64,000 bases of DNA from an uncultured bacterium (GTDB taxonomy: Bacteria; Oederibacteriota; Oederibacteriia; Oederibacteriales; Oederibacteriaceae). Under the pieces are notes generated by a model. It was given only the letters and a program-made list of their open reading frames with translations, had not been told where the DNA came from and searched no databases. The stretch's first letter is position 1. Each line of letters opens with the position of its first letter. Where the stretch lies: positions 512,001 to 576,000 of the forward strand of contig OZ218778.1 in NCBI GenBank assembly GCA_965112635.1, written 5' to 3'. The translations under genes were made by a program, and so were the position numbers. Of the stretch, positions 54,393-64,000 are shown one piece after another.

Positions 54393-56120
54393 TTAACCTC
54401 TTTTCTTCCCCACAAACTCCCTGAACTCTTTTACCTCTAGGGTATTGAGGACATCCTTTTTTTCCAACCAGGCCCGGCGGGCGGTGAGGACGCCGAACAG
54501 CATCCACTCAAAATGCCTGGCCTGGTGGCTGTCCGTGTTGATGACCAATTTGACCCCGGCCTCTTTGGCTGCCCTGGCCATGACATCGTTCAAATCCAGC
54601 CTCCAGGGCGAGGCGTTTATTTCCAGGGCCGTGCCGGTCTCCCGGGCGACCCTGAAGACCGTTTCCCAGTCCATTTCATAGGGCTCCCGGCTGCCGAACA
54701 GCCGACCCGTCGGATGCCCCAGTACCGACAAATACGGGCTTTGCATGGCCCGGCATATCCTGGCGGTCATCTGCTTTGCTGTCAGCTTGAAATGGGAGTG
54801 CACCGACCCGACTGCGTAGGCCAGCTCCTTAAGGCAGGAGTCCGGCAAATCCAAACTGCCGTCCTCTTTGATATCCACCTCGCTCCCGTGAAATATCGTG
54901 AAATTTTTGAGCGACTTGTTCAGTTTCCTGACCTCTTCCGCCTGCTTTTTCAAGCGGGCCGGGGTCAGGCCGTTGGCAATGGCCAGTCCCTGGGAATGGT
55001 CGGTCACACATATATAACTATACCCTCTTTTTATGGCTGCTCGTGCCATTTCCTCCAGGGAACCGGCTCCGTCCGAACTGCTGGTATGCACATGGCAGTC
55101 GCCTTTAAGGTCATCGGGCTGGATAAGTCTGGGTAAATTCCCTTTTTCCGCGGCCTCTATCTCTCCCCGGCTCTCCCTCAACTCCGGCGGGATATAGGGG
55201 AGCTTCAAGGCCTGGTAAACTTCCTCCTCGGTATTTCCCGCCACCCTTTTCGCGCCTTTGAACACCCCGTATTCGCTCAGCTTCAGACCCATTTTGATGG
55301 CCCGCTCGCGCAGGATGATATTGTGCTGTTTGGAGCCGGTGAAATAGCACAGGGCCGCCCCAAAATCCTTCGCTTCCACCACCCGCAAGTCCACCTGCAG
55401 GTTAGCTTCCAACCTCACGCTGGATTTGGTTTCTCCCTTGGCAATAACTTGCTTCACCTGTGGTAGCTGGGTAAAAAACTCCATGACCTCTTCGGCTTTT
55501 CTGGATACTGCCAAAAGGTCAATGTCGCCGACCGTTTCGCAGCCCCGCCTAAGACTCCCGCCTATTTCACAGAGCATGACCAGCTTGGATTTTTTCAAAG
55601 CTTCCTGTATTTCCTGGGCCACGGGAAGGGCTTCGCCCAGCAAGGTCCGTCCCTGGCCTTTTTTGACAATGGCAATGCCCTTGAGGATATTTTCCTCAAC
55701 TTTGGGCCCCAAGCGCGGTAAGGCCTGGATGCGGTGCTCTTTGGCCGCTGCTTCCAGGTCATGCAGATTCTTTATCCCCAGCTTTTCATGGACCAGGAGC
55801 ACGGTCTTGGGCCCCATGCCCGGCACGCTCAAAAGCTCGTCCATGCCTTCGGGAAACTCTTTTTTCAGGTCCTCCAGAAATTTCAGTTTACCGGTCTTGA
55901 CCATCTCCTCTATCTTGAGGGCCAGGGCTTCGCCGATGCCCGATATTTCCTGCAAAGCCTGGAGCCCCCCTTCTTTATAAATATGGGAAACATCCTGGGT
56001 CAGGCCGGCGAGTGTTTGGCTGGCTTTTTGGTAGGAACGGATACGGAAAGGGTTTTCCTGCTTTATCTCCAGGTAAGTGGCTATCTTGTCGAATATCTCG
56101 GCAACCTCATTATTGATCAC
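54393..56120 (-). CDS. polX: DNA polymerase X with a PHP 3'-5' exonuclease domain
   Basis: ENPFRIRSY, GSLRR..ETVGDIDLL, YFTGSKQHN; PHP motifs HVHT, TDHS and NTDSH. Confidence 0.95.
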   Translation of the reverse strand: MINNEVAEIFDKIATYLEIKQENPFRIRSYQKASQTLAGLTQDVSHIYKEGGLQALQEISGIGEALALKIEEMVKTGKLKFLEDLKKEFPEGMDELLSVPGMGPKTVLLVHEKLGIKNLHDLEAAAKEHRIQALPRLGPKVEENILKGIAIVKKGQGRTLLGEALPVAQEIQEALKKSKLVMLCEIGGSLRRGCETVGDIDLLAVSRKAEEVMEFFTQLPQVKQVIAKGETKSSVRLEANLQVDLRVVEAKDFGAALCYFTGSKQHNIILRERAIKMGLKLSEYGVFKGAKRVAGNTEEEVYQALKLPYIPPELRESRGEIEAAEKGNLPRLIQPDDLKGDCHVHTSSSDGAGSLEEMARAAIKRGYSYICVTDHSQGLAIANGLTPARLKKQAEEVRKLNKSLKNFTIFHGSEVDIKEDGSLDLPDSCLKELAYAVGSVHSHFKLTAKQMTARICRAMQSPYLSVLGHPTGRLFGSREPYEMDWETVFRVARETGTALEINASPWRLDLNDVMARAAKEAGVKLVINTDSHQARHFEWMLFGVLTARRAWLEKKDVLNTLEVKEFREFVGKKRG

Positions 56121-56129
56121 AATGATCCC

Positions 56130-56447
56130 CTAACCACGAATGGAATCCTCTATCCATTTCAAATAATCCTTATTCCCTTTCACAATAGGCAGGGCAATGA
56201 TCTCCGGGACCGTGTAAGAATGGAGCTTTTTGACTTCTTTTATTAATGCAGGAACCCTGGACTGGCTGGTCTTAAAAATGAGCAGATCTTCCCGGGCTGT
56301 TTCTATCTTACCCTTCCACCAATAGGTGGAAACAAGGCCCGGCACCTGGTTGACGCAGGCCGCCAGTTTTTTCCTGACCACAGAACCGCCTATTTTTCTG
56401 CCTTCTACGGCTGAGGAAACTGTGACCAGCACCACCATTGCTTTCAT
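56130..56447 (-). CDS. cutA: Divalent-cation tolerance protein CutA
   Basis: KLAACVN, STYWWKGKIE and HSYTVPEII. Confidence 0.95.
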   Translation of the reverse strand: MKAMVVLVTVSSAVEGRKIGGSVVRKKLAACVNQVPGLVSTYWWKGKIETAREDLLIFKTSQSRVPALIKEVKKLHSYTVPEIIALPIVKGNKDYLKWIEDSIRG

Positions 56448-56782
56448 GGGACACTGACTTTGTCTTCGGGCAGATAGGGTATCTTGATGAACAGCACCCT
56501 GAGGTTGGCCGCGCTGTTGTTGATGATGTCATGCGTCTCCTCCGGGTCTAGGCGATAAGCGTCCCCGGCTGAAGCCGCCATCTCCTGGCCGTTCACTTTC
56601 ATGATGCCCTTGCCTTCCATAAAATAGAACGACTCCTCCACCTCCCGGTGCTTATGCTGGCCTAGGACCTCTCCGGGTTTTAAAACTAAAAAACCCCATT
56701 CGGTCCGGGGGCCTTTGACCATGGTCTGCTTGCCTGAATCTTTTTTACTGAACGGCTGGTTGGACTGGACTATTTTTTGCAT
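56444..56782 (-). CDS. Cupin domain protein
   Basis: HKHREVEESFYFMEGKG...PEETHDIIN; AAGGAG RBS before ATG 56782. Confidence 0.9.
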   Translation of the reverse strand: MQKIVQSNQPFSKKDSGKQTMVKGPRTEWGFLVLKPGEVLGQHKHREVEESFYFMEGKGIMKVNGQEMAASAGDAYRLDPEETHDIINNSAANLRVLFIKIPYLPEDKVSVP

Positions 56783-56904
56783 GGCTATTCTCCTTTCTTC
56801 CAAGATTTTAGAACATAATCCAAACCCCGCAAAGCTGTTTTTCCGGCTGCTCCTGTATGTGGTAAAATGGTCTTTGTTATGTATCTAACTTAAAGGAGGT
56901 AACA

Positions 56905-57447
56905 GTGAAAATGTGCTTTCTCTTTTCAGGAATATTCTGGGGCCTGGTCCTGGTGGCATTGGGCGTGGCTGTCATCATCAAAGTTCTGTTCCATATTGAT
57001 ATCCCGGTTTTCCGCATTGTCTTCGCTATGGTGCTCATTTACTTTGGCCTCAAACTGCTCGTGGGCGGGTGCGGCCGGGGTTATAGCCACACTTCCCAGG
57101 AAAGCGTGGTCTTCAATGAAGGCACCCTGAGCGCCGAGGAAAGCAGGGATGAATATTCCGTGGTGTTCGGCAAAGGCACCATCGACCTGACCGGTCTCAA
57201 GGCCAAGGACAAAAATACCAATATCCGCGTCTCCACCGTGTTCGGGGCGAGCACCCTCAAACTCGACCCCGCCGTGCCGGCTGTCGTGAACGTGAGCGCG
57301 GCTTTTGGCTCCGCCCATATTCCGGACGGCACCACCACCAGCTTCGGCCATTACACCTACAAGACCAAGGCCTACAAGGAAGGCAAACCCTATCTGGCCG
57401 TTATGGCCAACGTGGTGTTCGGCGAAATGACCATTGTCGCCCCGTAA
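56905..57447 (+). CDS. LiaF-like membrane protein (cell-envelope stress family)
   Basis: Two N-terminal TM helices (FWGLVLVALG) plus repeated VFG beta motifs (VVFGKGTIDL, STVFGAS, VVFGEM); extended -10 TGgTAAAAT upstream. Confidence 0.72.
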   Translation: MKMCFLFSGIFWGLVLVALGVAVIIKVLFHIDIPVFRIVFAMVLIYFGLKLLVGGCGRGYSHTSQESVVFNEGTLSAEESRDEYSVVFGKGTIDLTGLKAKDKNTNIRVSTVFGASTLKLDPAVPAVVNVSAAFGSAHIPDGTTTSFGHYTYKTKAYKEGKPYLAVMANVVFGEMTIVAP

Positions 57448-57470
57448 TGAACAGAGTTAGGAGAGGGTTT

Positions 57471-59372
57471 ATGCGTTCTTTCAGCAGGGTCCTAGCGCTG
57501 TGGGCCGGCCTGCTCATCCTGGCTGTCAGCCTTTGGGCCCAGGCACCCGGCCCCCTGTCCCTAAAGGCCAAAGGCACCACCCTGACCCTGGACCCCCAGG
57601 ACCTTTCCCTCCATATCATTAAAGAAGACAACGACTACAAGTTCGCGGGCTTGGCTGGCCAAACCACATTAGAAAGCGTCACCAAGACCAGCGACAGCAT
57701 CCTGACCCTGTCCCTGTCTTTTCCGGGCAAACTCACGGCCACGGCTCTCATCACCATGACAGAGGACGCGGACATCGTCATCGCCCTAGAGGGGCAAGGT
57801 GTCCTTAAGCAGCCTGTCGAGTTCCCCGGCTCCCTGACCGCGGTCCGGAGCCAGTCCTGGGTCGTGCCTATCAACGAAGGCCTGCTCATCCCGGCCAACG
57901 ACAAGTATTTCCATCCTTTTGACAAACCTGAGGCGTTCTTCACCCTGTGCGGCGGCCACGGCCTGTGCATGCCCATGCTCGGCCTGACCGACGGCACCAA
58001 CGGCCTGCTCGTCATCTGCGAAACGCCCAACGACGCCGCGGTCCGTTTCACGGTCCCGGACAACAAAAAAAAGACCTCCACCTGGACTTTCCGGTGGGAG
58101 CCGGAAAAAGGGGCCTGGGGCTACGAACGCCGCCTGCGCTTGAAACTACTGGCCGAGGGCAGCTATGTGTCCCTGGCCAAAGCCTACCGGGAATACGCCC
58201 AATCCCAGGGCTTGCTCAAGACCCTGCGGGAAAAGGCCAGGCTGGTCCCGGCCGTGGACAGGCTCATCGGAAGTGTGGACCTATGGTATTGGGGTGACGC
58301 CGCCTGGAAAAAAGACCCGCATCCCGAGGCTTTTGGCCAGCAGCTGGCTGACGCGGGTATCCGCCGCGTCCTGTGGTCCAGCTCCGGCCCGGCGCCGGCC
58401 ATTGACCTGTTGAACAGCCTGGGGTTTTTGACCGGCAAATACGACATCATCCAGGATGTCTGGGCTCCTGGCACACCGCTCCCCTGGCTTACCCACGAAG
58501 GCTGGCCCGCAGACCTGGCCTGGGGCCCCGGCAATGTGACCATGACCGGCTGGGTCGCGAGAGATAAAGAAGGCAAAGAATACCCCGGCGGGGTCATCTG
58601 CGACTCCCGCGGCCTGGACCATCTCCGCAAACACGTGGAAACGGACAAAGCGCTGGCCCTGGCGGCCCGGTTCCTGGACACCACCACGGCCTCCTCCCTG
58701 CGCGAATGTTATAACCCGGCCCATCCCATGACACGCACCGAGGACCGCCAATACAAGATGGCCCAGCTCGCCTATCTATCGGAGGAAAAGAAATTGGTGA
58801 CCGGCTCCGAGACCGGCGTGGACATGGCCGTGCCGTATCTGGAATATTTCGAGGGTATGATGAGCCTGGCTCCCTACCGCCTGGCGGACAGCGGGCACGA
58901 CCTTTTTACCTATATCAAACCCGGCCCGGATGTCTGGCGTTTCCAGGTGGGCCCCTATTACCGCATCCCGCTGTTTGAACTGGTCTACCATGACTGCGTG
59001 GTCACCACCTGGTATTGGGGCGACTCCTCCAACCGGGAACCCGAGGAATGGGACCAGCGGGATATGCTCAACGCCCTTTATGGCAACAGCCCCCTGTGGA
59101 TCTGCGACCCCAGCCGGTGGGCACGCGACAAAGCCCGCTACCTCAAAAGCTATGAGTGGGCCACGACCGTGGCCAGACATACCGGCTACTCGGAAATGCT
59201 CTGGCATGAATTCCTGACCAAGGACCACACGGTCCAGTACGCGAAATTCGCGGATGGGACGCAGGTGTGGGTCAATTTCGGCAAGCAGTCCCGCCATCTG
59301 GAGAACGGACGGAAATTGAAGGGAATGGGTATTTTCGCGCAGTTCCCCGACGGCCAAACCCTGGTCAAATGA
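57471..59372 (+). CDS. Secreted glycoside hydrolase, GH101/GH129-related
   Basis: Signal peptide, YVSLAKAYR, RFLDTTTA (putative nucleophile Asp), GSETG (putative acid/base Glu), PLFELVYHD and VWVNFG. Confidence 0.7.
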   Translation: MRSFSRVLALWAGLLILAVSLWAQAPGPLSLKAKGTTLTLDPQDLSLHIIKEDNDYKFAGLAGQTTLESVTKTSDSILTLSLSFPGKLTATALITMTEDADIVIALEGQGVLKQPVEFPGSLTAVRSQSWVVPINEGLLIPANDKYFHPFDKPEAFFTLCGGHGLCMPMLGLTDGTNGLLVICETPNDAAVRFTVPDNKKKTSTWTFRWEPEKGAWGYERRLRLKLLAEGSYVSLAKAYREYAQSQGLLKTLREKARLVPAVDRLIGSVDLWYWGDAAWKKDPHPEAFGQQLADAGIRRVLWSSSGPAPAIDLLNSLGFLTGKYDIIQDVWAPGTPLPWLTHEGWPADLAWGPGNVTMTGWVARDKEGKEYPGGVICDSRGLDHLRKHVETDKALALAARFLDTTTASSLRECYNPAHPMTRTEDRQYKMAQLAYLSEEKKLVTGSETGVDMAVPYLEYFEGMMSLAPYRLADSGHDLFTYIKPGPDVWRFQVGPYYRIPLFELVYHDCVVTTWYWGDSSNREPEEWDQRDMLNALYGNSPLWICDPSRWARDKARYLKSYEWATTVARHTGYSEMLWHEFLTKDHTVQYAKFADGTQVWVNFGKQSRHLENGRKLKGMGIFAQFPDGQTLVK

Positions 59373-59381
59373 CCGTCAAGG

Positions 59382-59969
59382 TCACTTTTTGAGGAAGTCT
59401 TCCACGGTCTTCATATAGTCGTCGAACAGCGTATCCACGGAAACGCCCCCGATCTCCGTGATGGAGATCAGGCCGTTGATCTCCCTGCCTTTATCGTCAA
59501 TAGCCCTGGAAAAAACCACCTTGACCTTGTCCAGTTTCGCCCAGACCAGTTCGCAGGGGACAAAATCCGGGTCATCGGGCTTGGCTGGGACCGTGAGCAC
59601 CTTGACGATTTTGAGTTTGGGGGAAAGAGGCAGCCGGGTCCTGAGCCACCCCAGGAACAGGGACGCTGTGGTGGAGGCGTTGGCTTCTGCTTGCAGGATC
59701 ATCTTATCGCAGTCGTTCTGCCGCTTGTCCGCCTCATTCTGGCTGGGTTCCGGCCATCCCCTTTTTTGGCACTCTAGTTTTATCAGCCGCGTTTCGCGGA
59801 TGTCATGGACGCCGTAAAACTTTTTGAAATCCAGGACCGTAGGCGTGTATGGGGTGTCCAGGAGTTTGAGGTAGGCCTTAATGTCGCTGGTCCTAGTCGC
59901 ATCCTCAGCCCATCCTTTGACCACCAGCGCCAACAAGATGATCCCGGCCAACAACACAATTTTTTTCAT
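59382..59969 (-). CDS. Secreted hypothetical protein
   Basis: MKKIVLL signal peptide and GGAGG RBS; no motif recognised. Confidence 0.65.
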   Translation of the reverse strand: MKKIVLLAGIILLALVVKGWAEDATRTSDIKAYLKLLDTPYTPTVLDFKKFYGVHDIRETRLIKLECQKRGWPEPSQNEADKRQNDCDKMILQAEANASTTASLFLGWLRTRLPLSPKLKIVKVLTVPAKPDDPDFVPCELVWAKLDKVKVVFSRAIDDKGREINGLISITEIGGVSVDTLFDDYMKTVEDFLKK

Positions 59970-60061
59970 ATTTACCCTCCCCTTACCAAACCATTTTACC
60001 GCTAACACGCGGGGGCATCCTGGTTAAATTTCTTTTTTTCTTCAGGAAAAACCGGAAAAGA

Positions 60062-60847
60062 TCAGTAGGCGTAGAGCTTGCCGTAGGGCCGGTTGCTGTA
60101 GGGATACAGCTTGTAGAACGGCTTTTTGAGGATATCGGCCATATTGAGGTTGAAAAGGCCGCAGTATTCCGAAAGGTATTTTTTCAGGGTCTCCATGTCT
60201 TCCTTGGACGGGTCAATCATTTTCACTTCTTTGCCCAGCATCCTCTCGTCCACTTTGCCCCTGAGCAGGATGGTGCCGTTGTGCATGCCGGTCCCGACAA
60301 AATCGCCCACGATCTCCCTTTCGGAGTTGTAAGCGCTCTGCCGCTGAAGGGGACTGTCCAAACCCAAAATGACCAGCAAGCCGCCGGCCATGTATTCGCC
60401 CAAAAAATCCCTGGCCCTGCCGCCCGCGATGAGCACGGGGAAAAGCTCCTTGTAGGCTTTCATGTGGATGCCCACCCGGTAGCCCACGTCACCCCGCACG
60501 TAAATCCTGCCGCCCCGCATGGAATGTCCCGTGATGTCCCCGGCGTTGCCGTGGACCACGACCAGGCCGTTGTTCATCGTGTTGCCGACCCCGTCCTGGG
60601 CGTTGCCGTGGACGATGATGCGGGGTCCGTCCATAAAGGCCGCCAGGTCGTTGCCCGGCGTGCCGTTGATGACGATCTCCACCCCGCCGCCCAGGTTGTC
60701 GCCGATGAACCGCTGGCCCAGCACGTTATCGAGCACGAACCTGCGGACGCCCTGCCCAACTGCCTCGTGGATCATCTCGTTGAGCTGGCGGTAGGCGATC
60801 TCCCGGCAGTCGATGGTCTTGATTTTCGTTTCCACGGCCGTTTTCAT
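60062..60847 (-). CDS. Glutamate synthase C-terminal (GXGXG) subunit, GltB3-like
   Basis: GQRFIG, GTPGNDLAAFM, GNAQDGVGNTM, GEYMAGG and GTGMHNG. Confidence 0.92.
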   Translation of the reverse strand: MKTAVETKIKTIDCREIAYRQLNEMIHEAVGQGVRRFVLDNVLGQRFIGDNLGGGVEIVINGTPGNDLAAFMDGPRIIVHGNAQDGVGNTMNNGLVVVHGNAGDITGHSMRGGRIYVRGDVGYRVGIHMKAYKELFPVLIAGGRARDFLGEYMAGGLLVILGLDSPLQRQSAYNSEREIVGDFVGTGMHNGTILLRGKVDERMLGKEVKMIDPSKEDMETLKKYLSEYCGLFNLNMADILKKPFYKLYPYSNRPYGKLYAY

Positions 60848-60849
60848 GG

Positions 60850-62145
60850 TCAGATCTCTATCCCTTCTCCGTTGATGAGGTTTTTCCTCAGGTCGCTCGG
60901 CAGATGCAGGAGCCCGAAATCGTCGCTGAGAAGCTCTACCTTCATCTTGCTGGCGTCTATCTTTTCCCGGATCATCACGCTGTAAAGGCCGGCCCGGTCT
61001 ATCTCGTTCAAAAGGATCACGCCCACCACCTTGTTGTCCCTGAGCACGATCTTCCTGTAAAAGCAGCGCTCAGGGTCCTTTTTGACCAGCACTTCATAGC
61101 GCTCGTCCCTTTCCGGCGGGTTGGTGATGCCGAACGAAATGGTCGGGACATCCATGAACTGCACGGAGTTCATGGGGAAAAAGCCGGCGTAGGTCTCCTC
61201 AGCCCCGGCCATATTGGCCCCGGCCACCTTGCCCTGCCGGGCCGCCACGGGCCAGATGGCCAAAACCTGGTCCTTGTTGCTGATGTTGTCATACCCCTGG
61301 GCGCAGTCGCCCGCCGCGTAGATGTCCTTGACGCTGGTCTGCAGGCGCTTGTCCACGACAATGCCCCGGTCGCAGCGGATGCCCGTCTTGGCCGTCAGGT
61401 CAAGGTTGGGTTTGACCCCCACCGCCACGATCAAAAGCTTGGTATCCAAAGCTTGTCCGCCTTTGAGGGCCACTGCCGTGATCTTGCCCTTGGAGGCCAC
61501 GATCTTCTCTATGGAATTGTTTTTGTAAACCTCGCACCCGGCCGCTCTGAGCTTTTGCTCCAGCATATCCGAAGCGGTCCGGTCAAAGGTGCTGGCCAAG
61601 ACCCGGTCGGCCAGCTCCACCAGCTTGACCCGGACCCCTTTTTCGAGCAGTCCTTCCGTGGCTTTGAGGCCGATAAGCCCCGCTCCCAGGACCACGGCAT
61701 CCTTGATCTTGTTCTTGGCGATATAGGAGACCAGGGCTTGGGCGTCGGAGAGCCGGATAAAGTTGAAAACCCCGGCCATCCCCTCGTCATACCCGCTGAT
61801 GGCGGGCAGGATGGGCTTGCCGCCGGTGCTCAAAAGCAGCTTGTCATACCGTATCTTTTGCTTGTTTTCCAGCGTCACCTGGTGCTTGGCGGGGTCGAGG
61901 CTGATCGCTTTGGTTTTGAGGACCAGTTTCACTTTGTTTTTCTCGTAAAAATCATGTTCCTTGAACCCCAGGTCTTTTTCAGCCACCCGGCCGGCCAGGT
62001 AATAGGAAATGAGCGGCCTGGAATAGTTGGCCTGGGCCTCGTCGCTCACGATGGTGATAGTTCCCTCAAGGTCGCGGCTCCGGATGGCCTCGCAGGCGTT
62101 GGCCGCCGCCACCGAATTGCCGATGATGAGGTATTTGATCTTCAC
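60850..62145 (-). CDS. FAD-dependent pyridine nucleotide oxidoreductase (NirB/rubredoxin-reductase-like)
   Basis: IIGNSVAA, YSRPLI, GAGLIG and IYAAGD; the real start is GTG 62145 overlapping the upstream TGA. Confidence 0.9.
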   Translation of the reverse strand: MKIKYLIIGNSVAAANACEAIRSRDLEGTITIVSDEAQANYSRPLISYYLAGRVAEKDLGFKEHDFYEKNKVKLVLKTKAISLDPAKHQVTLENKQKIRYDKLLLSTGGKPILPAISGYDEGMAGVFNFIRLSDAQALVSYIAKNKIKDAVVLGAGLIGLKATEGLLEKGVRVKLVELADRVLASTFDRTASDMLEQKLRAAGCEVYKNNSIEKIVASKGKITAVALKGGQALDTKLLIVAVGVKPNLDLTAKTGIRCDRGIVVDKRLQTSVKDIYAAGDCAQGYDNISNKDQVLAIWPVAARQGKVAGANMAGAEETYAGFFPMNSVQFMDVPTISFGITNPPERDERYEVLVKKDPERCFYRKIVLRDNKVVGVILLNEIDRAGLYSVMIREKIDASKMKVELLSDDFGLLHLPSDLRKNLINGEGIEI

Positions 62146-62633
62146 GCTTTGACCCTCTTTCCGTCCTGGTCCACCAGGATGATGGCCTCGTTGGGGCAAT
62201 GCTCCACGCAGGCCGGGAAACCTTTTTCCATGCACAGGTCGCACTTGAAATCCACCTTGTGCCCTTGGACGTCCGGCTTGATGACGCCCCACGGGCAGAC
62301 CATGATGCACATCCAGCACCCCACGCATTTGTCCTTTTTATGCAGGACGCGGCCTTCGCTGTCCCGGTACATGGCACCGGTCAGGCACGCCTCGATGCAC
62401 GGCGCGTCCGGGCAGTGCCGGCACTGCATGGCCAGGGCGGTCGCCCCCTTTTCCTCGAACACGATGCCCGAGGTGGGCCGCTCGGCCGAACCCTTGTAGA
62501 CTTTGACGATGTTCTTGGACTTGGAGTGCTGGGTGATGCAGTAGACCTCGCACAGCCGGCATCCCATGCAGTACTCTTCCCGTATCACGATCCTTCTGGA
62601 TCTCTTTTTGTTCTCCAACAGTTTTTTTACCAT
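62142..62633 (-). CDS. 4Fe-4S dicluster protein (CooF/DmsB-like)
   Basis: CMGCRLCEVYC, CRHCPDAPCIEAC, CVGCWMCIMVCP and KCDLC...CVEHCP. Confidence 0.93.
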   Translation of the reverse strand: MVKKLLENKKRSRRIVIREEYCMGCRLCEVYCITQHSKSKNIVKVYKGSAERPTSGIVFEEKGATALAMQCRHCPDAPCIEACLTGAMYRDSEGRVLHKKDKCVGCWMCIMVCPWGVIKPDVQGHKVDFKCDLCMEKGFPACVEHCPNEAIILVDQDGKRVKA

Positions 62634-64000
62634 GATTCCCCCGCGTGTTTGATGTCCAGTATTTTAAGTTCGGTGTCGCTCAAGCTGACCGCGCGCAGCT
62701 GCTCGCGGTTGCCCCGCAACGACTCGATGGCGTTGATGCCCATGCCGCCCAGCATGTCCTTGATCTCCAGGGACCAGGCGCGCAGGAGGTTGACCAGCCT
62801 CCGCGTCCCGATCTCCGGGTTGAGCCTCCGGGTCAGGATGGGGTCCTGGGTGGCGATGCCCCAGTTGCATTTGCCCTGATAGCATTTCTGGCACATATGG
62901 CAGCCCAGGGCGATGAGGGCCGCGGAACCGATATAGACCGCGTCCGCTCCCAGGGCGATGGCCTTGATGATGTCCGCGCTGCTCCTGAACCCCCCGGCCG
63001 CGATGAGCGAGGCCCGGTGCCGGATGCCCTCTTCCCGCAGGTGCTTGTCCACGACCGCGATGGCCAGCTCGATGGGGATGCCCACGTTGTCGCGGACCAC
63101 CAGGGGCGCCGCGCCCGTGCCTCCGCGGATGCCGTCGATGGCGATGAAATCCGCCCCGGCCCGGACAATGCCGGACGCGATGGGCGCCACGTTGTGCACC
63201 GCGGCGATCTTGACCCCGACCGGTTTTTTGTAACGGGTCGCTTCTTTCAGGGCGAAAATGAGCTGTTTCAGGTCTTCGATGGAGTAGATGTCGTGGTGCG
63301 GCGCGGGAGAAATGGCGTCGCTCCCCTCCGGGATCATGCGCGTCTGGGACACGTCTGCCGACACTTTTTCGCCGGGCAAGTGCCCCCCGATGCCGGGTTT
63401 GGCGCCCTGGCCGACCTTGATCTCAATGGCCGCGGCGCGGTCCAGATACTCTTTATTGACCCCGAAACGCCCGGAAGCCACCTGGACAATGGCCCGGTGG
63501 GAATAGGGGTAGAGGTCCTTGTGCAGGCCGCCCTCGCCCGTGTTCCACAGGGTGCCGAACTCGGTCGCGGCCGCCGCCAAAGATTTGCAGGCGTTGAGGG
63601 AAATGGACCCGTAGCTCATGGCCGAGAACAGGATGGGCGTGTTGAGTTCCAGGAACGGGGGCATCTTGGTCCCCAGCCTGAGCTTACCCGTGTTGTCCCG
63701 CACCAGCTCGAGGTGGTCCGGCTTTCTGCCTATAAAAGTCTTTAATTCCATGGGTTCCCGCAGGGGGTCGATGGACGGATTGGTCACCTGCGACGCGTTG
63801 AGGACGATATGTTCGAAATAGTTGGTGAGGTCCTTGTCGTTGCCCATGCCCGTCAGGGCCATGCCGCCGGTGTCCGCCAGCTTGGTCAGGTTGGAGATGA
63901 CGCTTTTGGTCCAGTTGGAGTTTTCCTTGATCTCCGACGGGCTCCTGCGGATGGTGATGGCGCCCGTCGGGCAGTTCTCCTCGCAGAAATGGCATCCCAC
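62627..64000 (-). CDS. Archaeal-type glutamate synthase FMN-binding subunit (GltB2) with N-terminal ferredoxin; 5' end outside window
   Basis: AMSYGS, NTGEGG, QVASGRFGV, EIKVGQGAKPGIGGHLPGEKV, SPAPHHDIYSIEDL and CHMCQKCYQGKC. Confidence 0.94.
   Translation of the reverse strand: MGCHFCEENCPTGAITIRRSPSEIKENSNWTKSVISNLTKLADTGGMALTGMGNDKDLTNYFEHIVLNASQVTNPSIDPLREPMELKTFIGRKPDHLELVRDNTGKLRLGTKMPPFLELNTPILFSAMSYGSISLNACKSLAAAATEFGTLWNTGEGGLHKDLYPYSHRAIVQVASGRFGVNKEYLDRAAAIEIKVGQGAKPGIGGHLPGEKVSADVSQTRMIPEGSDAISPAPHHDIYSIEDLKQLIFALKEATRYKKPVGVKIAAVHNVAPIASGIVRAGADFIAIDGIRGGTGAAPLVVRDNVGIPIELAIAVVDKHLREEGIRHRASLIAAGGFRSSADIIKAIALGADAVYIGSAALIALGCHMCQKCYQGKCNWGIATQDPILTRRLNPEIGTRRLVNLLRAWSLEIKDMLGGMGINAIESLRGNREQLRAVSLSDTELKILDIKHAGESW

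Noticed and set aside
60847-62145. Selenocysteine read-through at TGA stops in the redox cluster
   Set aside because: The proteins are full length at the TGA and the next gene starts immediately; no SECIS-like hairpin was seen.
1-64000. CRISPR array, cas genes, IS elements or prophage
   Set aside because: No regularly spaced direct repeats, transposase, integrase or phage genes were seen; the Cas4-like nuclease is part of the UvrD fusion.

Overview
This is a 64-kb core-chromosome segment of a probably diderm, anaerobic bacterium; an uncultured candidate lineage is inferred from the PorV-like and LpoA-like envelope genes, Pro/Thr-rich linkers and the split glutamate synthase. About 50 CDSs are present, almost all on the minus strand. 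Housekeeping genes include accD (partial), the CNNM-dgkA-ybeY-phoH block, aspS, hisS, leuS, lepB, rng, glpK, polX, cutA and tRNA-Ala(GGC). Other modules are a GAF/HD-GYP/roadblock signalling cluster, sugar-acid catabolic genes including uxaE, a Doc/AbrB toxin-antitoxin pair, a UvrD-nuclease fusion, a 2861-aa all-TPR protein operon, a stand-alone FlgD-Ig/CTD plus PorV-like pair, and an archaeal-type split glutamate synthase cluster. No CRISPR array, transposase, integrase or prophage was seen. The strongest oddities are a putative three-way RNA switch over the thuA RBS, a tRNA-Ala with C33, an ATT-initiated LpoA-like lipoprotein with an inserted domain, a DgkA-PAP2 fusion with both catalytic His replaced by Tyr, and the giant TPR operon carrying a LysM-less TsaP-like gene. 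All family calls come from motif recognition by eye; no database searches were run.
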